From NCBI GenBank assembly GCA_038087875.1, contig CM075987.1:22258001-22322000 (forward strand): 64,000 nucleotides of DNA. Reading direction: 5' to 3'. The notes beneath the pieces are model-generated. The model had not been told where the DNA came from. It saw nothing but the letters and a program-made list of their open reading frames with translations, and did no database searches. Below, one piece after another: positions 37,154 to 50,329 of this stretch. Numbering within the stretch: position 1 is the first letter of the stretch; the number at the start of each line of letters is the position of its first letter. The position numbers and the translations under genes are program-made. Source of the DNA: Malacoraja senta. Taxonomy: Eukaryota.

Positions 37154-37723
37154 AGGGCTATCCCACTACGACGACCTAATTCGCGAGTTTAAAAGAGTTT
37201 AGGAGAGTTTGAAAAAATGTCATGTTGAAGACCTCCTTCGATTATGTAGAAGACCTCCTTCGACCTCCTTCGACTATGTTGAAGACTAGCTTCGACTAGC
37301 TTCGACTAGCTTCGGGAAAATTGGACTCCGAATAGTGGAGAGTGAAGACGACCTCCTTCGATCTCCTTCCACCTCCCTTCGATTATGTTGAAGACTATCT
37401 ACGACTACCTTCGATTACCTTCGACTACCCTCGATTACCTGAGAATAACACACCGACCTACTGCGACCTACTTCGACTAAACCTACGAGTAAAAAAAGTA
37501 TCGATTTTTTCCATGGCAACTTTTTTTACTCTCGTGCATTTTTCAACATGTTGAAAAATACGCCGCGACCTAGCTGAGGCCTCGAGTACGTGGGGACTAC
37601 CCTCGAGCATGAAGGAGAGTTACAAGGATCTCCTAGGACCTCGTGTCGACCATGCTGCGAGTATGAGTCGAGGACAATCTCGCCAGAACTCGCGGATTAG
37701 GTCGCCACAGTGGGACAGCCCCT
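37154..37723. mobile_element. PIF/Harbinger-type MITE with internal short tandem repeats
   Basis: TIR AGGGCTATCCCACT / AGTGGGACAGCCCCT; TAA TSD at 37151-37153 and 37724-37726; internal (TTCGACTAGC)n and GACCTCCTTC repeats. Confidence 0.88.
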
Positions 37724-37899
37724 TAACTTTGATTACTTACTGCTACAAGAAAGATTTTGTCTCGATTTCCTCTGTCAAATCTCCACGTAATGTAGAGAGA
37801 ACAGCTCCAGCGTTTCCAGTCTCCACATAAATGAAGTCCTTCTTCCCTTTGCTTTCTCTACAGTATCTTGACATTCTTCCTAAAGTAGAACATCCAGAA

Positions 37900-38195
37900 T
37901 ATTGATTTCTCTAACTTCAAGTAACCCCAGCATTCCCTCTCTCTCCATCCCTCCCCCACCCAAGTCGCACTAGCTTCTCGTTTTCACCCAACAAACAGCT
38001 AACAATGGCCTGTTTCCTTTATCATCGTTACTTTTTTGCATATCTTTCATTTATTATTCTTTATCTCTCTACATCATTGTCTATGCCTTTCATTTCTCTT
38101 TCTCCTGACTACTCTGAAGAAGGGTCTTGACCCAAAACATCACCCATTCCTTCTCTCCAGAGATGCTGCCTGAGTTACTCCAGCTTTTTGTGCCT
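37900..38195 (+). mobile_element. PLE 3' UTR/pLTR fragment inserted in a decayed minus-strand CR1 (about 37840-38680)
   Basis: Flanked by ATCCAGAAT direct repeats; degenerate hammerhead core at about 38114; same family as 45629-45975. Confidence 0.78.
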
Positions 38196-39079
38196 ATCCA
38201 GAATTGGATGCAGTACTCCAGGTGAAACATGACCAGCGATTTCCAAAGATTCAGTAAATGTATAAGCTGCCATGCACTATGCTTCCCTTAATAAACTGTT
38301 TATTGATAGCTGTTATATCCCATATGCTTTTGACCCTTCCTTGTCTTGCCACCCTCAAAGCTCAATCAATTCCTGCACACTCCTTAAAATTGCCCACTTA
38401 TTCTCGCTAATAAAAAATTAATAATTTCACACTTCTCAGCATTAAATTTTATTCGCCCGTTTGGTTGCCCATTTGACCAAACTCCTGAAGGCTGTTAGTC
38501 CTCATCATTCTTCGCTACATATCTGAATTCCATGCCATCTGCAAACCTTTAAATTATGCCTGTATATCCAAGCACAAGTCATTAATATTTATCAAAAAGA
38601 GCAGCGCTCCCGATACCGACCCTTGGGGAACACTACTGTGTACATCATTTCAGTCTGAAAAACAACTGTTCGCCAATACACAGCTCAGTAAGTACAATGT
38701 TGTTCAATGTCGGCTGTATGCCAGGATGAGGGAGGATAAGGGAACAGTCCCTCAAGCAGCAGCATTTCCTTCCTCTTCCTCCAAGTAGGCTGAACTTTGT
38801 GACATTCCCCAAGGAGCACCACATCACAGACAGCTTCTAACCACACACGCATGAAAAAGCACCGGTGAAAATACTGCTCCATCTGCACTGTACCTAACGG
38901 AGGAGATTATATTTCTACAAGAACAAGAGGACACTTATTCCTTCAAATTTGCTCTCCTCTTCAATTAGATTGTGTCTGATCTGTTTTTAACTCCCTTTGA
39001 AAGAGTGTGAGATTTCCACCACAATTTGTGTGCTTAAGTGCAACCTGACAACAGATCTGAATGACCATGTTCCAGTGTT

Positions 39080-39248
39080 TAAGAAGGAACTGCAGGTGCT
39101 GGAAAATCGAAGGTAGACAAAAATGCTGGAGAAACTCAGCGGGTGAGGCAGCATCTATGGAGCGAAGGGTTTCAGTCCGAAACGTTGCCTATTTCCTTTG
39201 CTCCATAGATGTTGCGTCACCCGCTGAGTTTCTCCAGCATTTTTGGCA
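39080..39248. mobile_element. Fold-back PLE-derived element with 16-bp TSD
   Basis: TSD ACCATGTTCCAGTGTT at 39064-39079 and 39249-39264; same subfamily as 6413 and 60704. Confidence 0.88.
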
Positions 39249-39499
39249 ACCATGTTCCAGTGTTGTTTTGCCCATTTATATGGGAAAAACTACAAGGGAA
39301 TTTCCTCCTTTTATCTGAATTGCTTCCTGTTTATCCATTCATATCAAAACCTTCATTCATCTCAAACATTGGAATATGGATGATCAGCCATGATCATATT
39401 GAACGGTGGTGCTGGCTCGAAGGGCCGAAGGGCCGAATGGCCTACTCCTGCACCTATTTTCTATTTTTTGAGATTGATCCTTATTTTTCAACACTTGAT

Positions 39500-39762
39500 T
39501 GATTGATTGGAAAAAGCAGCATGGGATCAAGCCCTTTGGTCCACCAAGTCCACGCTGCTCTTCGATCGACCCTTGACACTGGTGCTATGTGATCCCACTT
39601 TCTCATCCATTCCCTAAACTTTCAAGGCAACTTACAGAGGCCGATTAACCTACCTACCCGAGCACCTGGAGAAATCCTATGTGGTCACAGGAAGAATGTG
39701 CAAACTCCACACAGACAGCACCCGAGTTCAGGATCGAACCCGGGTCTCTGGTGCTGTGAGGC
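39500..39762 (-). mobile_element. HE1/V-SINE-like SINE
   Basis: GGATCGAACCCGGGTCTCTGGTGCTGTGAGGCA is the reverse of the tRNA-like head. Confidence 0.75.
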
Positions 39763-39814
39763 AAGAGAAAACACTTGCCCGGTTTATTTGTCATTGTCTT
39801 TTAAACCTTTTAAG

Positions 39815-40670
39815 CATTATAGAAGCATAGAAGATAGGAGCAGGAGGAAATTGTTCAGCCCTTCATGGCAGCTGCATCATCAGTCAGACCATGGTGGACC
39901 GTCTATTTCTTTCTTCATATCCATTCATACATTTTGATTGCAAAATGTATCTATCTTTAACTTAAAAACAGTCAGTGACATGGCCCGCCTATCCTTCTGG
40001 TATAGCAAATTCCACAGGTTCACTTCCCTCGAGCGAAGAGATTTCTCCGTATCTCAGTTCTAAGTGTCTTGCCCCATCATCTGAGACTATGACCTCTCAT
40101 TCTAGATCCGCCAGTCAGGGAGAAACATCCATCCTACATCCAGTCCATCTAGTCCTATCAGAATTTTGTACTTTTCAATGAGATACCCACATCATTCTTC
40201 TGAACTATTATGAAAACAAATGGGGCCAACCTAATGTCTCCCTGTACAGCAGTTCCAACGTCCCAGAAACCACTCTGGTGAAGCCTTCCCTCCATGGCAA
40301 GTGCATCCTTGGGTAAGGAGACCAAAACCACACACGGTACTCCAGGAATGGTCCCACCAAGACTCCATAATTGTGCCAAGAAATTCTTGTTCCTATATTC
40401 AAATCTTTTAACAATGAGGACTAACAATGCTATTAGCCTTCCGAACTGCTTGCTGCATCTATACATTTGCTTTTAATTATCGGTAAGAACACTCAAGTGT
40501 CTTTCTATCTCAACAATTCCCAATCTGACATTTATTTAAGTAATACACATTTCTGTTTCCCTGAAGTGGATAATTTCATGTTTATCTACATTATATTACA
40601 TTTGCCATGTACATATTTGCCCAATTACTCAACGAAGTCTCTTTGCATCCTCCTCACAATTAATAATCCC
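39815..40670 (-). mobile_element. Decayed CR1 LINE 3' portion
   Basis: Minus translation YGVLVGPFLEYRVWFWSPY (CR1 LVRPHLEYCVQFWSP); TTCTATG-type tail. Confidence 0.8.
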
Positions 40671-41524
40671 ACCGAGTTGTTGGAGAGGTGTTGGAATTGG
40701 GAATGGACGGCAGGACTCTGTGGCCCTGGTGTTGGAGGTTCCGGCCTGGAGTTGACCATTGGAGCGGCTTGATCCATTGGGGGCACTGATCTGGACGAGG
40801 GCTAGCTTGTGGTCAGTGGATGTCAGGACGAAGAAGCGGTGCTGGGTGAAGGTGTGTACCTGGCGAAGGAGGAGGTGGCGGTCTGTGGCACATTGGCGGG
40901 AATGAGGCCTGGAGCTGCGGGGGTGACTGAGTAAAGGCCAGAACCTACCGACACGTGGTGGACAGAGTAGAGCGTAGGGCATGGAGTGAGAACTGTTGGG
41001 AGAAGCACTCGGTGAAGGCACCTGAGATTCTGGCTGGGATTAAACTGGGAGGCTTGGAAATGGAGCTGGAAGCTACACAGGACAAGATGGCGGCGAAGGG
41101 AAGTGCTGAGGAAGGACAGGTGACCGCGGTAGGGAGTGGGTGGTCACTGAGCAGGAGGGCAGTGGGAATCACTGATGGGGAGGAGGAGTGAGAGAGGGTT
41201 CCCATTCCCCATTATGAATTCTCATGCTTCTAACTGTCTATCCTTTGACCTGACTTCACTAACATTTTTGTGTTTACATGTGAAGTCACTACATTCTAGT
41301 GAATCTGTGTGTACAGGTGAAATCCAAAGCTTTATCAGTAATGTTGAATTTGTACAGTTCCTTTGACCAGACCTAGGCCAAAGGGGTGAAGTCCAAAATT
41401 GAGGTGAAAGTGGTTACCCTCGAGGTTGAGGACAGAATTGATCCATGTGTGACCAATGATCATTGGTAAAGTACTTTCACCCAAGATCTGCAGAAGTTCA
41501 AGAATTCATTTTGTTTCCATTTTC

Positions 41525-41805
41525 AACATAGAACATTTACACTATTCTTCAGGAACATATGACAGGAATAGGCCCTTCAGCCCACAATGTTTGTGCTAAA
41601 CAGGATACTACACTTGGTCATCCCGGTGAACCTCTTCAGTACCATCTCCAAAGCATCCACATCCTTCATGTAATGCGGCAACCAGAACTGCATACAATAC
41701 TCCAAATGTAGCCTAACCACAGTTTTATACAGCTGCAACATGACTTCCCAACTTTTGTACTCAATGCCGTGACTGATGAAGGCAGGCAAGCTGCGTGCTT
41801 TCTTT
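41525..41805 (-). mobile_element. CR1 LINE fragment
   Basis: AFISHGIEYKSWEVMLQLYKTVVRLHLEYCMQFWLPHY. Confidence 0.85.
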
Positions 41806-42654
41806 ATTAGATTAGAGATATTGGCATCGGATTGACTATGACTTTTGATCAGCTGAAGGATATTGGTGCAAAAAATCAGATTTTTATTTTCATCTGCAAA
41901 GACCATCAGGGTTTTTATCTGTGGGTTTATGCATTTTCATCCATTTTACGTGACTGTAGGACTAAAAGGGGATTGTGACTGGTTGATGGGGGATGGAGCA
42001 ATGTGGGTGTAAATAATCAAAGTCCTCCAGTCAGTGAGTGTGAACTGGGATGTTAAAGCTGCCTTAACAGTTGAGGACAGAGTGGACTATGCCCCAGTGA
42101 TAGTCAGCACCCTTAATCCAGAAGGCACCTTGGTCAGTCAGCACTTTCAGGAGAGATTGGACCTCAGGTTGTTGTCTGGATTGAAGCATTACAGTTATTA
42201 GGAGAGATTGGATAAATTGGGTTTATTTCCCAGAGGTGGAGGAAGCTGACAAGGGACCTTATAGAAGTGCATAAAATTGAGCATGTTGTGAGCATTAAGA
42301 ACAAATGGGCATTGGTTTAAGGTAAAAGATAGAAGGGTTAGAGAGGGATCTGAGGGTGGTTAGAGTCTGGAAGATTGAGGTGGTGGAGGCAATTATTCTC
42401 GTGACGTTTAATAGAGACACACAAAACTGCAGATGCTGGAATCTTGAGCAAAACACAAAGTGATGGGGAACTCAGCAGGTCAGGCAGCATCTGTGGACAG
42501 AATGGACAGGTGATGTTACAGGTCAGGACCTTTCATCAGACTGTTAAGAGTAGGGGGGGAGAAAGCTGGAAAAGCCAATCAAAGGCCCCCTCACCTGTGT
42601 CCACCTTTGTCCTGATCCCACTTCTCTTGTCTACCCAATTCAGAACCGCTAAAC

Positions 42655-43385
42655 GTGTGAGGTGTTGCAATTTGGAAGGCCAAATGTAAGGGGAAAATAT
42701 ACAAATAATGTCAAGGCCCTTAAGTGCTTTGATGTACAAAGGATTTCTTGGGGTCTGAGCCGATAACGCCCTGAAATTGGCAACACAAATAGATCGAGTG
42801 GTAAAACAGGCATATGGCATGCATGCTTTCATAGGTCAGGGCATTGAGTATGAAAGTCAGGATGCATCTTAACAGGACATTGGTTGAGCGGCATTTGGAG
42901 TATTGCTTGCAGTTCATGTTGCCCCAGGAACGATGTGGCAACTTTGGAAAGGGCACAGAGGAGGCTTATGAGAATGATGCCAGGATTAGTGAGTATTAAC
43001 TGCAGGGAGAGGTTGGGCAGACACGGATTGTTTTCTCTGGAACACAGGAGGTTGTGGGGAGACCTGATAGAAGTATATAAAAATATGAGAGGTAGAGATA
43101 GGGTAGACAGTCATAAGATAGCATCAAATACTAAATAAAGGGCATTGCTTTAAGGTGAAAGGGGCAAAGATTAAAGGAGACATGTGGAACAAGTTTTTTT
43201 TACACAGAGTGGTGGTTGAAGCTGATACGAGAACGGCATTTAAGAGGTTTTTGGATAGACACGGATATGGAGGAAATGGAGGGATATGGATTATATACAG
43301 ACAGATAAAGGTTGGTCTTGGCATCATGTTCAGCATAGACATTGTGGGCTGAAGGGCCTGTTCTTGTGCTATGTTCTATGTTCTG
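42655..43385 (+). mobile_element. Decayed CR1 LINE 3' portion
   Basis: LERAQRRLMRMMPGL...LFSLEHRRLWGDLIEVYK; TGTTCTA tail. Confidence 0.88.
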
Positions 43386-43725
43386 AAAGTGTGTTGAGGT
43401 GTTGGCAAACTTCGCTTCAGGTGGGGATGGGCAGCTGACAATTAGTTAATGAAATTCCTTTTTTAAATTGTGCTAGTTGTTATAGTACTTCAGCTTTAAC
43501 CAGAGACAAGGTAGGTGAATATTTAGAAATGACTGAACGAGAATCTATCGGCTTTTTATTTTAAAAAAATTAATTAACCCTGCCAGTAGTCAGTGAGGCA
43601 CGGCTGCTGTGCCCTGGCGCTCAGTCCCAGCTTCGGAAAGGGCCTCAGTGCTTTTGGGCTTTTTTTCCCCCCTTGCTTTCTTTCTCTGACAGGCGAAGGG
43701 AAACAGACCTCCTTGAGCTAACACG

Positions 43726-43739
43726 GTCGCCATAGCAAC
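43726..43739 (+). promoter_or_regulatory. Candidate RFX X-box
   Basis: GTCGCCATAGCAAC followed by a GGCAAC half-site. Confidence 0.45.
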
Positions 43740-44425
43740 GGGGCAACGAGGAACAGGAAACAGCGCAAAATAGAATCTCATTCTGCTGAAGCCTGCAGTA
43801 GCTGCTGCAGAGCCAGCTCTCCCATGACAGGAGCACAGCACCGACTCAACCCGTGATTAAGTCTGGAGCCTGCATGAAAAAAGACTGCAGTAGATGCTGA
43901 AGGCGGGTGGGGGTGGATTGGGGGGAGGACAGAGCCCAGGTCCGCTTTGCAATGTCGAGTGTGAAATTTGAGAGTGGAGTTTTTAAGTTGCCAATCCCCA
44001 GCCTAGCCTACAGAAACAATTTTAGATGGTACATAATCTGAACAGGCTGGGGCTCTTTAGAAAAAAGGGAAGTTACCCAATAAAGGATTTAATAAGAGCA
44101 GGCAGGGAGAGAAATCTTCAATTTTTTAGGAGGGAGAGGGTTGCAAAAAATTAGGTCACCGGAGAAGTTGGTCGCAAAAAAAATCCATGTGATAAAAATG
44201 TTTAACAACCTCATTTGGAGTGTTTGAGATGAAAAGTGTTGATACCCCTAAGAGGTAGCTAGGTACGTACACAACAGAAATAACAAAAGGAAAATGCTGG
44301 TGATGAAGGACAGAGGAGGAGATGATTCTATGGAGCAGGAGCGCCATTTTAGACTAGTTTGGCCAATTATCCTGCTTCTGCCCTCCTTCACCACCCACCT
44401 TGCTGTTAAACTAGCTGAAGAAAGA

Positions 44426-44553
44426 GTCTGAAGAAGGGTCAGAGCCTGAAACATCGCCTGTCCATTCCCTCCATAGATGCTGCCTGGCCCACTTAGTTAC
44501 TCCAGCACTTTGTGTTTTGCATGATCCCAGCATTTGCAGCCTCTTGTGCCTCC
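44426..44553 (+). mobile_element. PLE-derived short element with hammerhead core
   Basis: CTGAAGA-AGGGTCAGAGCCT-GAAAC-ATC at 44428-44455. Confidence 0.75.
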
Positions 44554-44767
44554 ATTAGCCTGCTTCTGTGGTGCAAGATCTGAGTAATATCAAAAATACT
44601 TATGATTTTCCCCCCCACTTTTCTGAGCAAGCCAATGTATCATTCCCTCGGATTCTCCAAGTGTCCGCCATTGTTAATTCTACCCAAGTGAATGGATAGA
44701 GGGGGAGTTGGGTGGATGATCAGGCTGGATGCATGGGGCATCTTGCCTCTGCTGTTTGCCCCCCCCC

Positions 44768-44815
44768 CCACACACACACACACACGCACACACACACACA
44801 CACACATACCACACA
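44768..44815 (+). repeat. (CA)n microsatellite
   Basis: Directly visible. Confidence 0.95.
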
Positions 44816-44974
44816 CCCTGCTGTCAAACTTTTCAACAAAGGAGGGGATAAACCTCTCTCTGATCTGTTCTCTACCCACCAAAGGCACTGCCTCCATTGT
44901 ATTTCTACGCCAGATTAACTGGGGGTGAAATCCTCATTTGGTTTGGTATCAATGGGAACTAATGCAAGTGCCAT

Positions 44975-46215
44975 AGACTCTATCATAGGGTCATACAGCA
45001 CAAAAACAGGCCCTTCAGCCCACTATTTCCATACTAACCATCAAATATCTTTCTAAATGAATCCTATTTACCAGCATTCATTTTGTAGCTTTACACCCCT
45101 GGTGATTTAAATGCTTGGTAAATTTTGAGGTAATATCTCCATCATCCATAAGGTAGTTTGTTCCAATTCCAGACACCTGCTGGGTGGGGAAATTATTTCT
45201 GGGATCCTTTCAAAACTCTTAGAAGCGTACGTCCTGTTGTTTTAGATACCTCAGCTATGGGGAAAGAATTCCTGCTATCTATCCTAACCATGCCCCTCAT
45301 AATCTTGTACACTTCCAGCAGGTCGTTCTTCAATCTCTCACATTCCAAGGAAAACAAACCCATTCTCTCCATCCCAGGCAATATCCAGATGAATTACTTA
45401 TAGATAATAGATAATAGACAATAGACCATAGACAATAGACAATAGGTGCAGGAGTAGGCCATTTATGCATCATCTTTAATGCAATCATGCCCTTGCTATA
45501 GTGTGACGACCAGCACTGTACACCATACTCCAGCTGTGGCCTCAAAATGTTACATAAAGTTCTACCGTGGTCTCCCAGCTCATATAATCTATATCATGCT
45601 AATGAAAGCAAGTGTCCCATGTGCCTTGGATAGACACAAAAAGCTGGAGTAACTCAGCGGGTCAGACAGCATCTCTGGAGAAAAGGAATAGGTGACGTTT
45701 CAGGTCGACACCCTTCTCCAGACTGAGAGTCAGGGGAAAGGGAAACGAGAGATACAGATGGTGATGTAGAGAGATATAGAAGAAATGAATGAAAGATATG
45801 CAACGAAGTAACGATGGTAAAGGAAACTGGCCATGGTTAGCTGTGTGTTCGGTGAGAACGAGTTGTGGACAATGAGACTCAACAAGACGACTGAAGCTGG
45901 TACGATTGTCGCGGGGGAGGGATGGAGAGAGAGGGGGGATGAAAGGGTTACTTGAAGTTGGAGAAATCAATATTCATGTATCCACCCTCAGCTGCTACCT
46001 TGAAATATCCTTAGACTTGTACACTGAGGTTCCTCTGTTTTTCAATATTCCTTAAAGCCCTACCACTATTATGTATGCTATCTCCTTATTAGTCCTCCCT
46101 TAAGTGCAGCACCTCACACTTATCAGGATTAAATTCCATCTGCCATTGCTCTGAACATCTTACCCACTGATCAATATCATCCTGTTGTGTACAACTATCC
46201 TCCTCACTATCAACA
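44975..46215 (-). mobile_element. Decayed CR1 carrying a nested CR1 tail (about 45400-45463) and a nested PLE (45629-45975)
   Basis: Minus ORFs MPGMERMGLFSLECERLKNDLLEVYKIMRG and RPQLEYGVQCWS; (TAGACAA)n tail; the PLE is the reverse complement of 37900-38195. Confidence 0.8.
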
Positions 46216-47387
46216 AAACCACATTATTTAAGTGATTTAAGTCAATTTAAAGAGTTATACATAGTGAGGGCAAAAATATTCTCAACATATTTAGATCCAC
46301 CACTGCTATGGGAACATAGGAGTCACATCACTGTGTTGCAGTCCTGATAAGAACTAACGTTTAAATCCCACCTCGCCAGAATTGCAAGTGAAAAAATGGT
46401 ATCAGTAAAAGTGGCCATCAAACTGTCAGAAAGATGTTTAAAAATTCAGCTGGTTCAATAGTGTCCTTCAAGGAAAGAAACCTGCTGACCCTACCCAAGC
46501 TGGCCTGTGTGAGACTCCAATTACTGCGGTTGACATTTAACTGCTCTGTGAATTGGCCTCATAAGTCACTCTGTTGTGGCAACCAAAGATAGGCAATAAA
46601 TGCCAGGTTCACCAGTCATGTCCACGTCCTGAGAATAAGCTTTGAAGAAGTGTTCCACAGCAAAGGCCACTGCATCAGCTCCTGCGCTGTGCCGTGCAGT
46701 GTATCTTTAAATGTGAACATTCATTTCTCTGTGTATCTAAGTAAAATGTTCATCCAGTGCTCCTGATTAGAGAGTCATGTGGTGTGCGTGCTTTGCAGCA
46801 ATGTAACAGCGACATAAACAGTCAGTCTACCAGTTTAAAGTCTCAACATGTAAATGGTTTAAGTATGCTGCCTTGCAAATAAACCACTCTGCTCTGGATA
46901 CATACAAAAGGTGTACACTGCCTAAAAATGCCTTTGTGACGACATTACAAATTAAAGACAAATCTGGTGGTTTTCCTTTGAGATTATAAAATTGGTTGGA
47001 AGATTTTGATGCCTGTCACTTAGTTTTAGACATCTTTGCAGCATCAAAACTGATGTTTCATGGTTCCTATCTGCTACTATTTGCATGGAATCTCATTTTT
47101 CAAAGGGCTGCATGTTTATTGACAAGAATGCATCAGAGAAAGTCAAGGAGATAAGGAAGAGTGATGCTGATGTGGACCGTCGTGTCTCTGGTGTCTCAGG
47201 TGCTGGAAATCTGATGTGAAATGATGTATTCCATAATAATGCTGGAAACACTCAGCAGGTCAAGCAGCATCCGTGGAAAGAGAAATAGTTAACGTTTCAG
47301 GACCCTTCACCAAATCCAGTGAACTGGCTATATTGGGATACTTGGCACGCTTGACTCAGCTCAAGAACCGTTCAACTTGCACATTGA

Positions 47388-47481
47388 AGATAGAAACAAA
47401 AAGCTGGAGCAACTCAGCTGGTCAGACAGCATCTCTGGAGAAGAGGAATAGGTGAAGTTTCGGGTGGAGACCCTTCTTCAT
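47388..47481 (-). mobile_element. PLE-derived short element with TSD
   Basis: Flanked by TTGCACATTGAA direct repeats; core mutated. Confidence 0.75.
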
Positions 47482-48309
47482 TGAAGATTGCACATTGAAA
47501 ATATGGACATATTAATTAAACAATATCCTGAAGGAGAAAGTGAAACCATGTGTGCCTAATGATATCGGAATCAAGGGATATGGGGAGAAAGCAGGGTACT
47601 GATTTTGGATGATCAGCCATGGCCATATTGAATGGCTCAAAGGGCCGAATGGCCTACACCTAATTGCTATGTTTCTATATGTGATTGTAAAAATAAGCAA
47701 CATTCCTGATGCACATTGAGCCAAAGATGTACGATGTGCTGACAAAACTTCCTGTTCCCTGAAAAGTAAAAGATGTCTTGTTTAAAGATTTTTACTTTAA
47801 TCCAAACCTATTAGAAATAGCTTTAAACTGTATATATGGGATAAAGAGCAATAAGTAGGGCAAAGTAATTACTGAATACACTTTTTTCATTAAAGAACTT
47901 AATGTTGCATTGCAATGGTGTTTTTTTTAGATTGTACCTTCCCAAAAGGTTTGCATGTAGAACAGTGAACAAATTCAGTCAAAGTTGTTGAGCTTGCAAT
48001 ATCTGACATCCAAAATGCTAGAGACTTTTGTCCACCATAAACAAATGGCATAGTTTGTGGCTTACTGCTTGAGAGCAGTAACAACATTCAGTTTGATATG
48101 TACTGGTGAGACCAGTTCAGTCGGTTGCTATTGTTGAGAGACAAGGAACTGCCGATGCTGGAATCTTAAGCGAAATACAAGGTGCTAGTGGAACTCAATG
48201 GGTCAGGCAGCATCTGTAGAAGGAATATACAGGCAATCTTTTGAGTCGGGACTCTTAAGTCTGATTGCCCTATGCACTGCTGTAGGATCATCAATGATGA
48301 GTGAAAACT

Positions 48310-49815
48310 CACTGCGGCTAGTTCAGCTGGATACCATTGACGGAGGTGCTATCAGCATGAAAACCTACTCTGGTGAAGTTCTGCAGGTATTAATGCAAAT
48401 GAAGTGCAAATACAGTTACCTCTCATCACGGCAAGCCATAAATAAAAAAAAGTCACCTTAATGGCGAGGGAGTAGTTGAGACAACTCAAGTTACTTTAGA
48501 AGAATGTTTCAGTGATTTTTTGGAAATAAGTACATATGCAAAGACAGTTCATTGGAGGCCTAACCAATCTTGTATGCTCTAACGAGTCAGGTTGAGAAGG
48601 AAGTGAATAGACTCAAACAAAATTGCGTGCTCGTGCGAAATCAACAGTGAATGAGCCATGCCAATATGACATTGAAGTGAAGCACATGAGAGTTTTTGCA
48701 ACAAAAGTGGTGTATCTTGGTTTGAATGTTGACACCAATGGTCTGCAACCAATAAAGGAAAATCAAAGCCTGAAAAAATAACCAAGCTAGTTCCTTCCTT
48801 GAGATGTGTAATTCCTTTCAGATTATGCAACCCTGCTAAGAGCACAGAAAAGGGACGTGGAATCGATATTCAACATTGTGAATGTGGTGAGTGGAAGATT
48901 TAAAAAATCAGCAATTTATACTCCTCTCAAAGAAATACCCCGTGAGTCGAAGTTGGGATGTGAATGTGTCAAATTGTAGGTGCAACGCTAGGTGACCTGT
49001 GGGAAGATGGGCAAGAAAACCCATCACTTTTATCTCTCACTCTCTCACAGGGAGCAAGCACACATCAAGAAGGAAGCATGGAATTATATTCAAAATCAAG
49101 AAACCCCATCAGATTTTACTGGGTAGATCTTTATCCCTGGTAACAAATTGTAAGCCACTGGTCATGATATTAGGTCCCAAAGCACCAGCACTACAGCATC
49201 AAGAGAAACATGATGGGCATCAAGTTAAGTCTTAGTGTGGTGAGAAAGGATCTGACAGAACTCCATATTGAACATACAGAAATAGTCGATAATAAAAGCT
49301 GTGCGAGATGTTCTGTTTACCGGCTCTACTTGGACAGTGACCTCGAATCATGCGTAATCAAATGCATTCCTTGCTGAAGGCGTAGGAGGAAGCCATCAAA
49401 TAATCCTTTGCAGCCATGATCAAGGCCTACTAAACTTATTCTGAGGGTACAAGCTGACTTCTATACTGATCGACGGTCACTTCCAGCGGATTGAAGTGAA
49501 ACACATCTGTTCATTTGCCACAACTCAACGTACAAAAGATGAGTCAGCACATGCACAGCAAAGCTTGCCGGAAGAATTATTTTCTGAAAATGACCTACAG
49601 TTTCAGCCAACTCTGCAAACTTATGAAACAGAATGGTATCAAACATACTCTTGTTTCTTCACATTAAGTGCTCAGGGATATTTAGAACTCAGCATGAAAT
49701 GGCACTGGGCCAGTTTCTTGCTGAAAGTACAGAATAACTCCGTGCTATGACAGGGTATACATACATCTGAGGAACATTTGACGAAGAGAAGATTGAGAAC
49801 AAACCTGAGCCTTTT
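48310..49815 (+). mobile_element. Highly decayed Gypsy LTR-retrotransposon pol remnant
   Basis: KTYSGEVLQVL (post-protease motif) and IIFKIKKPHQILLGRSLSLVTNCKPLVMILGPK (RNase H, cf. [26 protein letters not shown]); no LTRs seen. Confidence 0.7.
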
Positions 49816-50329
49816 TCAATCAAATTCACTCCATTTTCCACACTCCATCATTTGATCCCACGCCTCATTCTGGCATGGCCTAGCCATTCCTCCCTGTATG
49901 TATTAGCTACCCTGGTACTATTTTTTTTAAAGTCTGGGATTTTCTATAGTGTCCTGGGCAATGTTTACTCCTAATAATTGCTGCAGCAAAACAGATTTTC
50001 TGATCATAATAACATTACTCTGTCAAAGAGAATACATCGCACAGATTAGGTGTGACAGTTCCTCATTTACGACAGTGCTGCATTTCTGGGATGAATTGGC
50101 TGCACAGCCCTTTGAGCAACCTGAGATCAGGAAAGACATGATGTAAACGGCAGTTCTTGCTCTTCACCCTTGGCACTCCATCTCTTTGACCTTGCTTTTG
50201 ATCACCCATCATATTATTTCCTTGCATGATTCTATGGCAGCTTTTCCTTGAGATTTATTGATGTGAAACTGTTCACCATATTAAAGCCGCTATGTAAATT
50301 CAAGTACCGTGCATTTACTCCAATAGCAA

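Noticed and set aside
43660-43780. Strong polypyrimidine tract plus CAG at about 43692 as a coding-exon acceptor
   Set aside because: All three frames reach a stop within about 45 nt and there is no good donor before them.
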